Assembly (NCBI RefSeq): GCF_947568905.1
Contig: NC_079165.1
Span: 28,830,001 to 28,894,000 of the forward strand
Direction of reading: 5' to 3'
Origin: Ostrea edulis
Lineage: Eukaryota
DNA length: 64,000 nt
Position 1 is the stretch's first letter. Every line of letters starts with the position of its first letter. The position numbers and the translations under genes are program-made. Of the stretch, positions 49,001 to 60,840 are shown piece after piece. Under the pieces are notes generated by a model, which worked only from the letters and a program-made list of their open reading frames with translations, did no database searches and was not told the origin of the DNA.

Positions 49001-49610
49001 AGTCTTCCACGTCTGCTTCATACTTAGATATTTTATTGAAAGTAGATATTAACGGCAAACTAACAACTCAACTTTATGACAAACGGGATGATTTCAATTT
49101 CTCCATCGTTAACTTTCCATATTTAATGTAGCAATATTCCATTATCACCTGCATATGGTGTTTATTATATAACTCAACTGATTCGATACGCAAGAGCTTG
49201 TTCTGCATATGGTCAGTTTTTAAATCAACCAGGCTACTGAAAAACAAGTTGATAATGCAGGCGTTCCAACAGTCTCGTTTAAAATTAGCATTTCGCAACT
49301 TCTTTGGGCGTTATAACTATCTAATTTGCCAATACAACCTATCGTTGGGTCAAATGCTGTCTGGCGTGTTTCGTGTCGATTGTTCCGCCGTTCTTAGCAC
49401 ACTGATTTTGACTACGAATAACTCCGTTTACCTGATCAAGATATAGGGCTCACGGCGGGTGTGACCGGTCGACAGGGGATGCTTACTCCTCCTATGCACC
49501 TGATCCCACCTCTGGTATATCAATCGGTCTGTGTTTGCCCAACTATCTATTTTGTATTGCTTGTGGGAGTTATGAGATTGATCACTGTTCGTTATCTTCA
49601 CCTTTCATAT
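46010..49610 (+). mobile_element. Decayed near full-length Naiad-type Penelope-like retroelement (N-terminal GIY-YIG, CxC linker, C-terminal RT) with upstream pseudo-LTR and duplicated 3' end
   Basis: GIY-YIG-like SSNVVYTIEC..C..IYVGETK (~46625-46690), PTCSC (~47120), RT motifs FSTLYTTIPH, GIPMGTNCAPLLADL, FRYIDDVL (48322-48333), thumb QLIRYARACS. Tail copies at 46010-46160, ~48710-48925 and ~49385-49610. Many stops and frameshifts. Confidence 0.9.
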
Positions 49611-50258
49611 TTAAGATTTGTGACGTATAATCATTTGAAATCTTGAGATTTATGTGGGGTGATGAACATGAAATCTTGTACTATGGAAGTCCTGAACCGA
49701 ACTTGTTATTTGCTAAATGTTGTTTGCTGATTGCGCAGTCCCAAATTGCTTAAATGATTATTGCTAAATGCTGATTGCCAATTGCTTTTAACTGGTTGTC
49801 AATTGTTGATTGCTAAAGGACTATTGTTAACTGTCAATTCACAATGATAATTGCTAAAAGTTAACACCCCTAAATGGTAAGCCACCTGTCATTCAAACAT
49901 TTAACAATATATCTCAGGCGGAGTGACATCTGCAGAGACTGTGTCTGGAGGGACCCCAGAGAGGTGTGTTGATAGCAATAACAGTCAATTAATACGGGCA
50001 TTCTTTAGATCTTGAGGAAGCCCAGTATACTAGAGATTTGATAGCATGGACCTGTCCACAACTGCTATTTTCTCGCAATTATTATCAATGCAATTTCAAT
50101 ATAATTGTATTCTTTTCTCCTTTATATACATGTATTATAAATTACACAATCAGAAATCAAACAATACTTTGCACATTAATTTCTAAAATTTGTAACTTAC
50201 AGAAATAATTTATGTTATCAATTTATGACAGCTCTATATTTATAAAAGAAATTATTCA

Positions 50259-50389
50259 NNNNNNNNNNNNNNNNNNNNNNNNNNNNNNNNNNNNNNNNNN
50301 NNNNNNNNNNNNNNNNNNNNNNNNNNNNNNNNNNNNNNNNNNNNNNNNNNNNNNNNNNNNNNNNNNNNNNNNNNNNNNNNNNNNNNNNN
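50259..50389. other. Assembly gap (N run)
   Basis: 131 N characters. Confidence 1.
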
Positions 50390-50559
50390 GTGTGTCGGCT
50401 ACCGTTAGAAATACAACCATTAGACAAACACTATCACCACTGAAACTCTGCAGACGCCCCTGAGACATGTCCTGTGTATATCAAAAGTATACATAACACC
50501 CTGATCTTTTGGCCTGGTAAATAACAATGACCATAGATGAACTCCGCCCACATCCAGTG

Positions 50560-50750
50560 ACCCGTGAAGAAACCATACGGTATTATTTTTGGGTCTTTAA
50601 ATATAAGTTGGTATGAAGAATGTAAAATTAATAATAGGGCAAACACGGACCCCTGGATACAGCAGAGGTGGGATAATGTGCCTAGGAGGAGTATGCGTCA
50701 CCTTTTGACCGGTCACGTCCACCTTGAGCCCTTTTATGTGTATCTGATTA
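50560..50750 (-). mobile_element. Decayed Naiad 3' tail fragment
   Basis: gggcaaacacggacccctggatacagcagaggtgggat...cctaggaggagt. Confidence 0.75.
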
Positions 50751-52439
50751 ATATTAAAGGTAATTTGCTTAGTGATAATTTGCAGTTGCTTTAATGCCAA
50801 AATAAGCTTTCAAAATGGCTTCAGTAATTGACAAAAAGGATAGCCATTAATGTACCTGTACTCACCCCTCTCATGGAATGTTACTTAACAAATTGAATCA
50901 CCATCTTTGTGACTGGAAGCGCTCAAATCTCGCGCACTCTCGTTTACGAGCATACAGCAAAAATTAAAGAAAAAAGAAAAAGTCACGAAAATTCCTTTTG
51001 TCTTCATTCTGATCCAAACAGGATTTTTCATATTGATATTTGAATCTGTTGCAATAGAATTTGTATGAAATTGAAGACATTCGAAATTTTCCCCACATAT
51101 CTTGATAAAAACGAAGTTTTAACGAAAAAAATTCAACCATCACTTTTGTTTTCACAAAAAGCAGTCTGAATTCGCGTTTAACGAGTAGCAACCAGCAATT
51201 AGTAATAGGCATTCAGCTCTTGTGAATCAGCATTTGGCAATTAGCATTGGGCAAAAGACATTTGGGATAGAACTTTTCCAATCGGTATATTAGATTGGGA
51301 ACTAGAATGTTGCTTCCTGATTTCCATATCACACATTCAATTTATATTGATAAATTAGTGATGTTAATTTGAAAATCTTTGATATCTTATGTTTGAAATC
51401 TTATTTAACAAAGTTATATCACTTAATTATATATGGAATATAACTAAATATTTCAAATGCAAATCATAAGCTTTCTAATATATATAGTTGGAATAAAACA
51501 AGATTTCAAATAGAAAAAAAGTTTTAAAATAAGATTGTAAAAAAAAAAATAATGATATAATCTACATGTCAATCCCGAGATTTTTAAATATACATAGAAT
51601 ATTGTGGGTATTACGCAGCTTTTGACTTTGCACTCGCATTAGAAGGCTGGAAAAATAATTGAATCACAAAAGTTTTCACAAAAACACATTAAAATGTACT
51701 TTGTACGTCGCAGGATTTATTATACGCTTATATCCAAGGGATGAGAGCGGGATAGCTCTTTACATGAAACCCTTGACAGGGAAATTTCTCCTCGGACAAA
51801 CATTCAGAGAATGGTTCCCATGTGTAAGCGTTTTATTATACACTGCACTAATGAATTTCGTTTTTTTTAAGGCATATGAGTGCATGAACTGCACTGCTTC
51901 ACATCGGCATACTATTCATAAAGCAACGTGCTTCATGAAAAGTATGCCAACGTGAAGCTTGGCAGTTCATGCCCTCACGTATTTTTATCTTTTACTTTCT
52001 ACTTTCATTCATGAGAAAATGACTATCATTACAATTTGTATATCAAGACGATTGGAAATGTAGATATTGCGGGGTGAATAGCATGTTCTATACCCCGGGA
52101 TTTATAGCGAAAATTTCAGAGTATAAAAAGTTATTGTACTTATCTATATAGTAGGTACTTATTCAAACAGAAGCAGATAATGATAATTAATTATTTCTCT
52201 AATTGATCGAATATTTCATTTTCCGTGCCTTTTTACAATGTGTTTGAAAATCTTTATTGATATTGATCAGAGATTATGCAGGTAAATTTTGACATATCAC
52301 ACATCAGTTCACGCCCACTCTACGTGACAACTATATGGCATGCATGCAGTTTTTACAATCTCTGCGCTCCATACATTTTAAAGCCCACATTCTGAACCGA
52401 GTTAATTTATCACTGTGCTATCTTTTATAATAAACATCA

Positions 52440-52510
52440 AAGATGTAATCGAAGGTAGTTATTGCTGGTATGATTGTGTTGATCAGCTGACAGCCACTAG
52501 ACTGCAGAAA
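52440..52510 (+). other. Candidate non-coding first exon of the FMO gene (start uncertain)
   Basis: Strong donor gaaa|gtaagt at 52511. The FMO ATG at 53982 directly follows an acceptor (ttatctgtcag|atg), so an upstream UTR exon is required. Confidence 0.45.
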
Positions 52511-53981
52511 GTAAGTACATTTATGTATTTTTATTAGTTTACTGGCTAGAATATCGCCAGCACCTGTGTTAAGTAGAAGGATCAATAACTTGCCATGTTT
52601 ATTTACTTATGGAAGTCGGCCTGTTGTCTAAAGGAAATACACACACCGAGTGATAATTCTGTTGTTGTAATGTTGTAAAGACGATGACCATGAGGGTATA
52701 TCGCAATACGCCCGTCTCCTTCACAGTATACGGTAGCAGGTTCTCGTAACCATGTCCAATTTTAATCGTCATTATAATTATCATATTGGTTTACTGACGA
52801 TGGAAACGTTTTTCGGTCATGACTTTGGCAAATGTTTGTAATGAGGTTGAAAATTTGAGGTTTTAATATTTAATGTCCCACGCTCTCGTTTCCTAAGTTT
52901 ATAAGCATACATGTATAACTATCAGAAAGATAGTTCGGTGCGTAACATCGTTTTGGATTGACGTGGGGGAGAACAGGTTTTATCACATACAATGTAACAG
53001 TACTGTTTCAGGGTTCATAGTGCGAGTTCGGAAAAAAATATATTGTAAAGGTCAATCATGTAATGTATACATGTATTCATGTGCCACTTAAAAAACAACA
53101 CGGCATCCTTTGAAGTTGGCGACGCTATTAAAATTGACGGCAAAGGGCATGCAGCTGTCACCAAATTGGTTCAAAGAGGATTTTGTGTTAATAAGCGGTA
53201 TTGACTTTGAAATAGGAATTTCAAGCGACAGACTAAGTTTGATACCCCAGATCGTGACGGATCAGACGACATCAAACAATAACGACGCGAAAATCGCCAA
53301 GGCTCGGGAAATATTAAATATGGCAAAAAATTCATATGCCATAAGCACTCGTTAAAGATCCCCTCTCTCTATTTATCTATATATTGCCTACCTATATATC
53401 TATCTCTCTATTTATCATGCACACAATTATATCAAGAATTATATACTTTTCCTGTCTATTTAATGTCAATATCATTACATGTAAAGTATAAAGTAAACAA
53501 AACGTGCTTGTTTACTTTATAAGCTATTACATGTGCAGAAACGCATTGTCATATGAATTTATGGATAGCACAGTAGATATAATATGAATCGTAAACAACA
53601 TCTGATGTACTGCTTAAATTTCAAAAGCATGACCTTGCCCTTTTACATTTAACAGAAATATGAACTTGAATTGATCGATATGCAAGATTGCATTGCTGCA
53701 GTTTTGATCACGTGACATGAATCTATGTTCTTGAAAGAAGGATTATAACATAATTCCTCAAGTGATATTGTTCTTTGAACTTTAACCTCGGAAGTTAATA
53801 CACTCTCATTGTCATAGAAATCGAATACAAACTACAATGATAATCTGGATACACAAAGAATATTGGAACCCTTCTACCAGTGGTATTGAACCCTACGTGT
53901 ATCTAAACCGTTTACATTTAACATTGAAAATTAAATGGAACTCATGTATCTCTAAACGACATCATCCTGTTTATCTGTCAG

Positions 53982-56900
53982 ATGACGACAAAGAAGCGTA
54001 TAGCTGTGATTGGTGCCGGGGCCAGCGGCCTGACCGCCATTAAGTGCTGTCTGGATGAGGGGATCACTCCCGTCTGCTTCGAGAGGACGGAGTACATAGG
54101 TAATTATACCATTGTGTAAATCAAGCTTCAGTCATTAAATCTATGCTTTCTGGATATACACGGGTGTAGCGTAGTGGTTAATACACTCACTTCTCACCGC
54201 CGAAACCCGAGTTCGATCTCCGTGATCGGCACTGGTTGTGTGTGGTCTGTGATCGCCCGCTCGGACATGCGAGTTTCCTCCGGGCACTCCGGTTTCCTCC
54301 CACAAAATGACCCCCTAGCACCACCATCCGTGCAAGTCGGTAAATATAGTACTAACGTTTATTGTTATTTGTATATCCGACTTTAGAAATAAAGATTAAT
54401 ATCATTATCAACATGGAGAGGGCTAGCCTTCAAACCATTAAACAGTCTTTAAAACAGATACTGACTGTTTATTAAATCACCCGTGAAACCATTCTGTTAC
54501 TTTCTATTCATCGAAGGCGGGTTGTGGCACTACACAAATAATTCACATGACGACCAGGCCTGTGTGATGAAGTCCACAGTTATCAACACCAGTAAGGAGA
54601 TGATGTGTTACAGCGACTTTCCTATCCCCAAGGAGTATCCCATCTTTATGCACAACTCTTATGTCCTCAAATACTTCCAATTGTATGCTGAGAAATTCAA
54701 CCTCCAACAGCACATCAACTTCCGGACTGAGGTAAATAAACTGTAACAAATTTTATGAAGTATTTTAGATATAAGAAATGAAGTTCAAGGTCACAGGTTA
54801 ACGTTCATATTCTATAGGAAAGGATTTTTAGATAACATATCAATCGTAATATGAATTTTTGCAATATTTTACATGAATCTCAAAACACACATTGATGACG
54901 TAACCTTGAATTTTAATATTTTGATCTGAAAGTATTCTGTCATGTTTGCGACGTTTTATATTCGTCCAATCATAATTTTATACAAATGTCATATTTCCTA
55001 TATCATTCTTCTGATATGTACACAATGTTTGGTATGTGAGAGTTAATAAAACCTTTGGTTTTGTCGTCGGTGATTATAGGTCTTAAGCATAAAACAAAAC
55101 AAGGATTTTAAACAGAATGGATGCTGGGATATTAAAACACGTGATCTGAAAACCAATGCTGAACATGAGCAGACGTTTGATGGGGTTTTGGTCTGTACAG
55201 GACATCATGCGAACAAAAACGTCCCCACATTTCCAGGTAAAGCAATTTTATTTAGACAAAATCAAAATTGTTTAAAAATAGGTTGTAAATGATTCTTGAT
55301 TTGATCATTTAATTTGTTTTCAACCACCAAGATTTAGATAAATTCAAAGGGGAGATAATTCACTCACATGACTATAAGACTCTCAAGGGATACGAAGACA
55401 AACGGATAGTAATTGTTGGGATAGGAAACTCCGGAGGGGACGCTGCAGTGGAACTCAGCCGTGTCGCCAAACAGGTATCTCTTCTCATCGCCCAGTAAAC
55501 TGAAATAAATCAGTCGTGTCGTTAAACAGGTACCTCTCTTCTCATTCTCCAGTAAACTGAAATAAATCAGCCGTGTCGCCAAACAGGTACCTCTCTTCTC
55601 ATTCTCCAATAAACTGAAATAAATCAGCCGTGTCGTTAAACAGGTATCTCTCTTCTCATTCTCCAATAAACTTCTGAAATAAATCAGCCGTGTCGCCAAA
55701 CAGGTACCTTTCTTCTCATTCTCCAATAAACTGAAATAAATCAGCCGTGTCGCCAAACAGGTACCTCTCTTCTCATTCTCCAATAAACTGAAATAAATCA
55801 GCCGTGTCGCCAAACAGGTACCTCTCTTCTCAATCTCCAATAAACTTCTGAAATAAATCAGCCGTGTCGCCAAACAGGTACCTCTCTTCTCATTCTCCAA
55901 TAAACTTCTGAAATAAATCAGCCGTGTCGCCAAACAGGTACCTCTCTTCTCATTCTCCAATAAACTTCTGAAATAAATCAGCCGTGTCGCCAAACAGGTA
56001 CCATTCTTCTCATTCTCCAATAAACTGAAATAAATCAGCCGTGTCGCCAAACAGGTACCTCTCTTCTCATTCTCCAATAAACTGAAATAAATCAGCCGTG
56101 TCGCCAAACAGGTACCTCTCTTCTCATTCTCCAATACACTGAAATAAATCAGCCGTGTCGCCAAACAGGTACCTCTCTTCTCATTCTCCAATAAACTGAA
56201 ATAAATCAGCCGTGTCGCCAAACAGGTACCTCTCTTCTCATTCTCCAGTAAACTGAAATAAATCAGCCGTGTCGCCAAACAGGTACCTCTCTTCTCATTC
56301 TCCAATAAACTGAAATAAATCAGCCGTGTCGTTAAACAGGTACCTCTCTTCTCATTCTCCAATAAACTTCTGAAATAAATCCAGTTAACAGGGTGATGAT
56401 CAAATCTCTTTCTGCAGGTGTATCTAAGTACGCGGCGAGGCTCGTGGGTCATAAACAGAGTGGACACACACGGATATCCTGTGGATATGCTGAGGACAAC
56501 GCAGTTCAACTTCTGGTAATAGACTGAAATTACTGAAGCAAGTATCAAATGTATAAAAGATTCAACGTTTTAAGCATTAATGTCTGTTACAGGATGATGC
56601 GCAACATTTTACCTGCATCTGTCACTATTGTGTCTGTTACAGGATGATGCACAACATTTTACCTGTATCTGTCACTATTAATGTCTGTTACAGGATGATG
56701 CGCAACATTTTACCTGCATCTGTCACTATTTGTGTCTGTTACAGGATGATGCGCAACATTTTACCTGCATCTGTCACTATTTGTGTCTGTTACAGGATGA
56801 TGCGCAACATTTTACCTGTATCTGTCACTATTAATGTCTGTTACAGGATGATGCGCAACATTTTACCTGCATCTGTCACTATTAATTCTGTTACAGGATG

Positions 56901-58128
56901 ATGCGCAACATTTTACCTGTATCTGTCACCATATGTGTCTGTTACAGGATGATGCGCAACATTTTACCTGCATCTGTCACTATTTGGATTACTGAAACCA
57001 GACTGAATCTGAGGTTTGATCACGCGACCTACAGCCTGAAGCCGGATTTCCCCCCGCTATCCCAGCATCCAACTGTTAACGACGACCTTCCCAACAGAAT
57101 CATCAGCGGGAACGTGATAGTTAAACCCGACATCAAACGCTTCACCGAATCGGGTGTGGAATTTGATGATGGCACATCGGAAGACAACGTCGATGTTGTG
57201 TTTTTGGCGACAGGATACATTTTTGGGTTTCCATTTTTGGACAAGTCTGTGCTGGAGGTGAAAGAAAACAGGGTGAATTTGTATAAATGGATGTTTCCCC
57301 CCGACCTGGAGCACGACACTTTGGCGGTCATTGGGTGTATACAACCTTTGGGAGCAATCATGCCAATTTCGGAACAACAATGCCGACTATACACAAGAGT
57401 TGTGAAAGTAAGTTTTTATGTTAATTGATATACTCTTGAATATAAATCCATGCTTTGAAGTTTTTTGTACATATTTTAAGTATTTGCTATGAATAATAAT
57501 ATGAAATTTACATATTTTATTGCTCTTTGATAGTAAAATATTTTAAATCGGAATAAAGTGCGCTCATTCTCTGGTTTTGGATTTACTTTTACATGCTGAA
57601 TTATTCAGGGAGAAGTGAAACTTCCATCCGCAGAAGAAAAGTGGCAAGACATAAGAGAGAAAGTGACAGCGATGACCAAACGCTACGTAAAAAGTCAACG
57701 TCATACCATACAGGTGGACTTCGTGGTTTACATGAACGAGCTAGCGACTATGGCGGGAAACTGCCCAGATCTAGGTAAGTACTTCCGGTTTATTTCTGTT
57801 ATGTAAACGTGAAATGGCACTTCTTTATCAATTGATCAATTGTTTTTTTTACTTTGCAGTGAAGCTGTTTTTTAAAGACCCCCGCCTAGCCACGACCTGT
57901 ATTTTCGGTCCCTGCACTCCGTATCAGTACCGACTTGAAGGGCCCGGGAAGTGGTCAGGAGCCCGAGACAGCATCTTAAGCCAATGGGACCGAACCCTGT
58001 ACCCCCTAAAAACGCGACCCCTCAAACTTTCCCCTAAGCAGTCCCAGATGAAGTTTTTTTTCTTCTTTGTGATTCTTGTGGGACTATTTTCATTTGTTAC
58101 ACATTTGATTTTTTCTTTGTTTGGGTAA
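53982..58128 (+). CDS. FMO: Flavin-containing monooxygenase (vertebrate FMO/FMO5-like), 541 aa. Exons: 53982-54099, 54517-54731, 55080-55236, 55332-55474, 56418-56515, 56948-57407, 57609-57774, 57860-58128
   Basis: FAD motif [32 protein letters not shown] signature [17 protein letters not shown] motif [46 protein letters not shown] and a hydrophobic C-terminal anchor. All junctions are phase-consistent (1626 nt); AATAAA at 58403-58408. Paralog not assigned. Confidence 0.93.
54161..54400 (+). mobile_element. tRNA-derived V-domain-type SINE in FMO intron 1
   Basis: gtagcgtagtggttaa A box, gagttcgatctcc B box, V-like core tcctccgggcactccggtttcctcccac; second copy at 63670. Confidence 0.8.
55456..56382. 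repeat. 16 tandem copies (57/60 bp) of the last 19 nt of FMO exon 4 plus its donor
   Basis: Unit cagccgtgtcgccaaacag|gtacctctcttctcattctccaataaactgaaataaat; 60-bp variants carry a 3-nt insertion. Confidence 0.95.
56579..56985. repeat. 8 tandem copies (50/51 bp) of the acceptor plus first 37 nt of FMO exon 6
   Basis: Unit tgtctgttacag|gatgatgcgcaacattttacctgcatctgtcactatt; exon starts possible at 56593, 56643, 56694, 56745, 56796, 56847, 56897, 56948. Confidence 0.95.
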
Positions 58129-58514
58129 ATTATATTCTTGAAGCAAGACTTAGTGCGAAGTCACGGACATTTCTTTGTGAGTCATCAAAATAACTGAACT
58201 TCATCACATAATACTCCAGAAAAATTTGAAATTAAATATGGACTAAATAAGATATTTAGAAAATGCTTATGAGATTACGTATAAATCAAAGATATTGACA
58301 CTAAAAAGCATTGCTGTCTTGGTACAGATTTGTATATTGTATAGATCCCTATTGTACATTTATTGTGAACAAAATATGTGACTTGATTTTTCATGTCATA
58401 ACAATAAATGATATTTTATATTTCATTATTTCATTACTTCTGAGTCCGTTGCAATGTTTGAAATGAATAGAGTATATTTCCAAACCTTGGGTCCCATTGT
58501 CATTCAAAATTGAT

Positions 58515-58930
58515 GGTCAATGATATTCAGTGATTGCAAACGTTGACATTCAACATAAATGTAAAAAAGAGAATACAAAATTCAGGGTAGAGCAAATATA
58601 GACCCCTGGAAACACAAGGGGTTGTGATCAGATGCCTAAAAGGGCAAAGCATCCCCTGTTGATGAGTCGCATCCGCCTTGATCCCTGTATCTTGATCAGG
58701 TAAACAGAACAGTCCGTAGTTAAAGTCAGTATGTACAGAACGGCCTAACAATTGGTATGAAATGCGTCAAACAGCACTCGACCCAGTGATGGCCTACATT
58801 TGCAGATGAGATCGTTACAACGACCATGGACTTTGTGAAATACTTACTTTAAACGAGACGGCTGAAACCCCTGTAACATCAACCTACCTGCCAGCAACCT
58901 GCCTCGATCGATGCGATATTTCACAGTGAA
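58515..58930 (-). mobile_element. Decayed 5'-truncated Naiad copy
   Basis: Reverse complement of RT thumb and tail. Confidence 0.75.
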
Positions 58931-59479
58931 CTCGAAACATTACAATCTTCCATGTCTGTCGGACGGTTTACTGAATATGGACGTTCATGGAAAACCAACA
59001 ACAGTAACTGAACTGTATAATTTCAGCTTCTCCATCGTCACCTACAAGAAGGAACATACTCTTAGTTGTAGCATCATTATTTGATCCATTAGGATTTTTA
59101 GCGCCATTTATTCTAACTGTAAAACGCAAGAGATGTGTCAAGCTGAAGTTGGATGGAATTAAGATGAAGGATATTTCCAACCTTACAAGGACAACTCGTT
59201 GCTTGGCACCATCACACTTCATGAACTCTACTGTAGAGCTACATCACTTTTTCGGATGCAAGCTATAGTGGATATGGACAGTGTTCCTATATTAGGTTTG
59301 TCGACAAGGATGAAGTTTGTTGCGCATTACTAGTACTTGTTTGAAAGGCCAGAGTGGCACCTACGAAAGTGGTTACTATACCCCGTCTTGAACTCATTGC
59401 AACTGGTCTTTCAGTCAAAATCAGCATGATCTTAAAACCAGAACTAAGCTTTGTCAATAACAAGGAACATTTGGGCAGA

Positions 59480-59928
59480 CTCATGAGTTGTTCTTGGATA
59501 GACTCACGCGTTCTACTCGGATAGACTCACGTGTTGTTCTCGGATAGACTCACGTGTTGTTCTCGGATAGATTCACGAATTGTTCTCGGATAGACTCATG
59601 AGTTCTTGGATGGACTCACGTGTTGTTCTTGGATAGACTCAAGAGTTGTTATCGGATAGACTCGCGAATTGTTCTCGGATAGACTCACGAGTTGTTCTCG
59701 GATAGACTCATGAATTGTTCGCGGATAGACTTACGATTTGTTCTCGGATAGACTCACGAGTTGTTCTCGGATAAACTTAAGAGTTCTCGGATAGACTCAC
59801 GAGCTGTTCTCGGATAGACTCATGAGTTTTTCTCGGATAGACTCGCGAGTTGTTCTCGGAGACTCACGAGTTGTTCTCGGATAGACTCACGACTTGTTCC
59901 CGGATAGACTCACGAGTTGTTCTCGGAT
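59480..59928. repeat. 23-bp minisatellite (gttgttctcggatagactcacga) x~19 inside the BEL/Pao RNase H region
   Basis: Direct inspection. The last unit runs into ...gtt gtt ctc gga tat atc aac aat gaa (VVLGYINNE). Confidence 0.9.
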
Positions 59929-60354
59929 ATATCAACAATGAAGCAAAACGCGTCCATGTATTTGTTGCAATCCGTGTTCAGACAATTAGAGATGCAACCA
60001 AACCATCACAATGGTTCTGAGTAAGTTATAAAATCGATCCGGCAGATCATGCTTCCCGAAGTCTGACTCGTTTATCAATGGATTGCGGTATTTTATTGCT
60101 ATACGTGGTGCTGTCAGTCAGACTCGATGCGATGAAGGCTCAAATTTCGTTGGTGCGAAAAACGAATTTTGAAAGGAAATTAGCTCTTCTAAACTCACTT
60201 CGAATCTACCAGAAAAGCAATTTGAGTTTGTTTATATTTGTTTTAATGCACCCAACACACCGGAGGAATATGGGAAAGACAGATATGAACTGTCAGGAAT
60301 ATTCTCAACGCTGTCTTACAAAGAACAAGGTACGATTGTGTATATAAAAAGGCC

Positions 60355-60840
60355 CCAAAAATTCTCTGTTTTGAATGTGTCTTGAATTCAGCTTGATGTT
60401 AAATATATGCCAAGTATACTATCTCAACTTAAATCAAAGTTATTGCTTATTTGATACCATTATTACATCATGAATAAGACTTTCCCCCGCCTTTTTTCAA
60501 AAAGAGCTTAATAACTGTTAAATTTCATCCAGATTATTGCCTAGGAAAAAGTGTGCCCATCTGTCGAGCAAAATGAAATTAATATATATTGTTTATTAAT
60601 TGAATATGAAAAATGTATTTGAATATGAATTTGCTCGACGTATGGGCTGCATGTTTTCTGAAAGGAAAACCCCCTGAGTTTATGAATTATTTCATTGATT
60701 TTGACATTTTTGGCAATTTTATGCCAATTACAACGCGAAGTAATTTTGGATTAAATTAAAAGTAGTTGGGTTTGCTTATATATTCTTTATTGGAATGGCA
60801 GATTTTGGGACTCCTATTGAAATGATCAATTTTCTGGGCC
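60355..60840. mobile_element. AT-rich MITE-like insert interrupting the BEL/Pao integrase region
   Basis: Imperfect TIR ggccccaaaaatt / aattttctgggcc; BEL-like coding flanks it on both sides. Confidence 0.45.

Noticed and set aside
50212-50468. ORFs spanning X runs
   Set aside because: Artefacts of the N gap.
53110-53355. 81-aa ORF in the presumed FMO first intron
   Set aside because: TTG start, no splice support, stops in the alternative frames and no recognisable motif; possibly decayed TE sequence.
55364-56548. 394-aa minus-strand ORF with 19-aa repeats
   Set aside because: It is the antisense reading of the 57/60-bp FMO donor array. Unit lengths divisible by 3 keep it open; no independent start context or domain.
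32981-58128. P4H-like and FMO genes as a functional oxygenase cluster
   Set aside because: Unrelated enzyme families separated by TEs and a gap; adjacency alone is no evidence in an animal genome.
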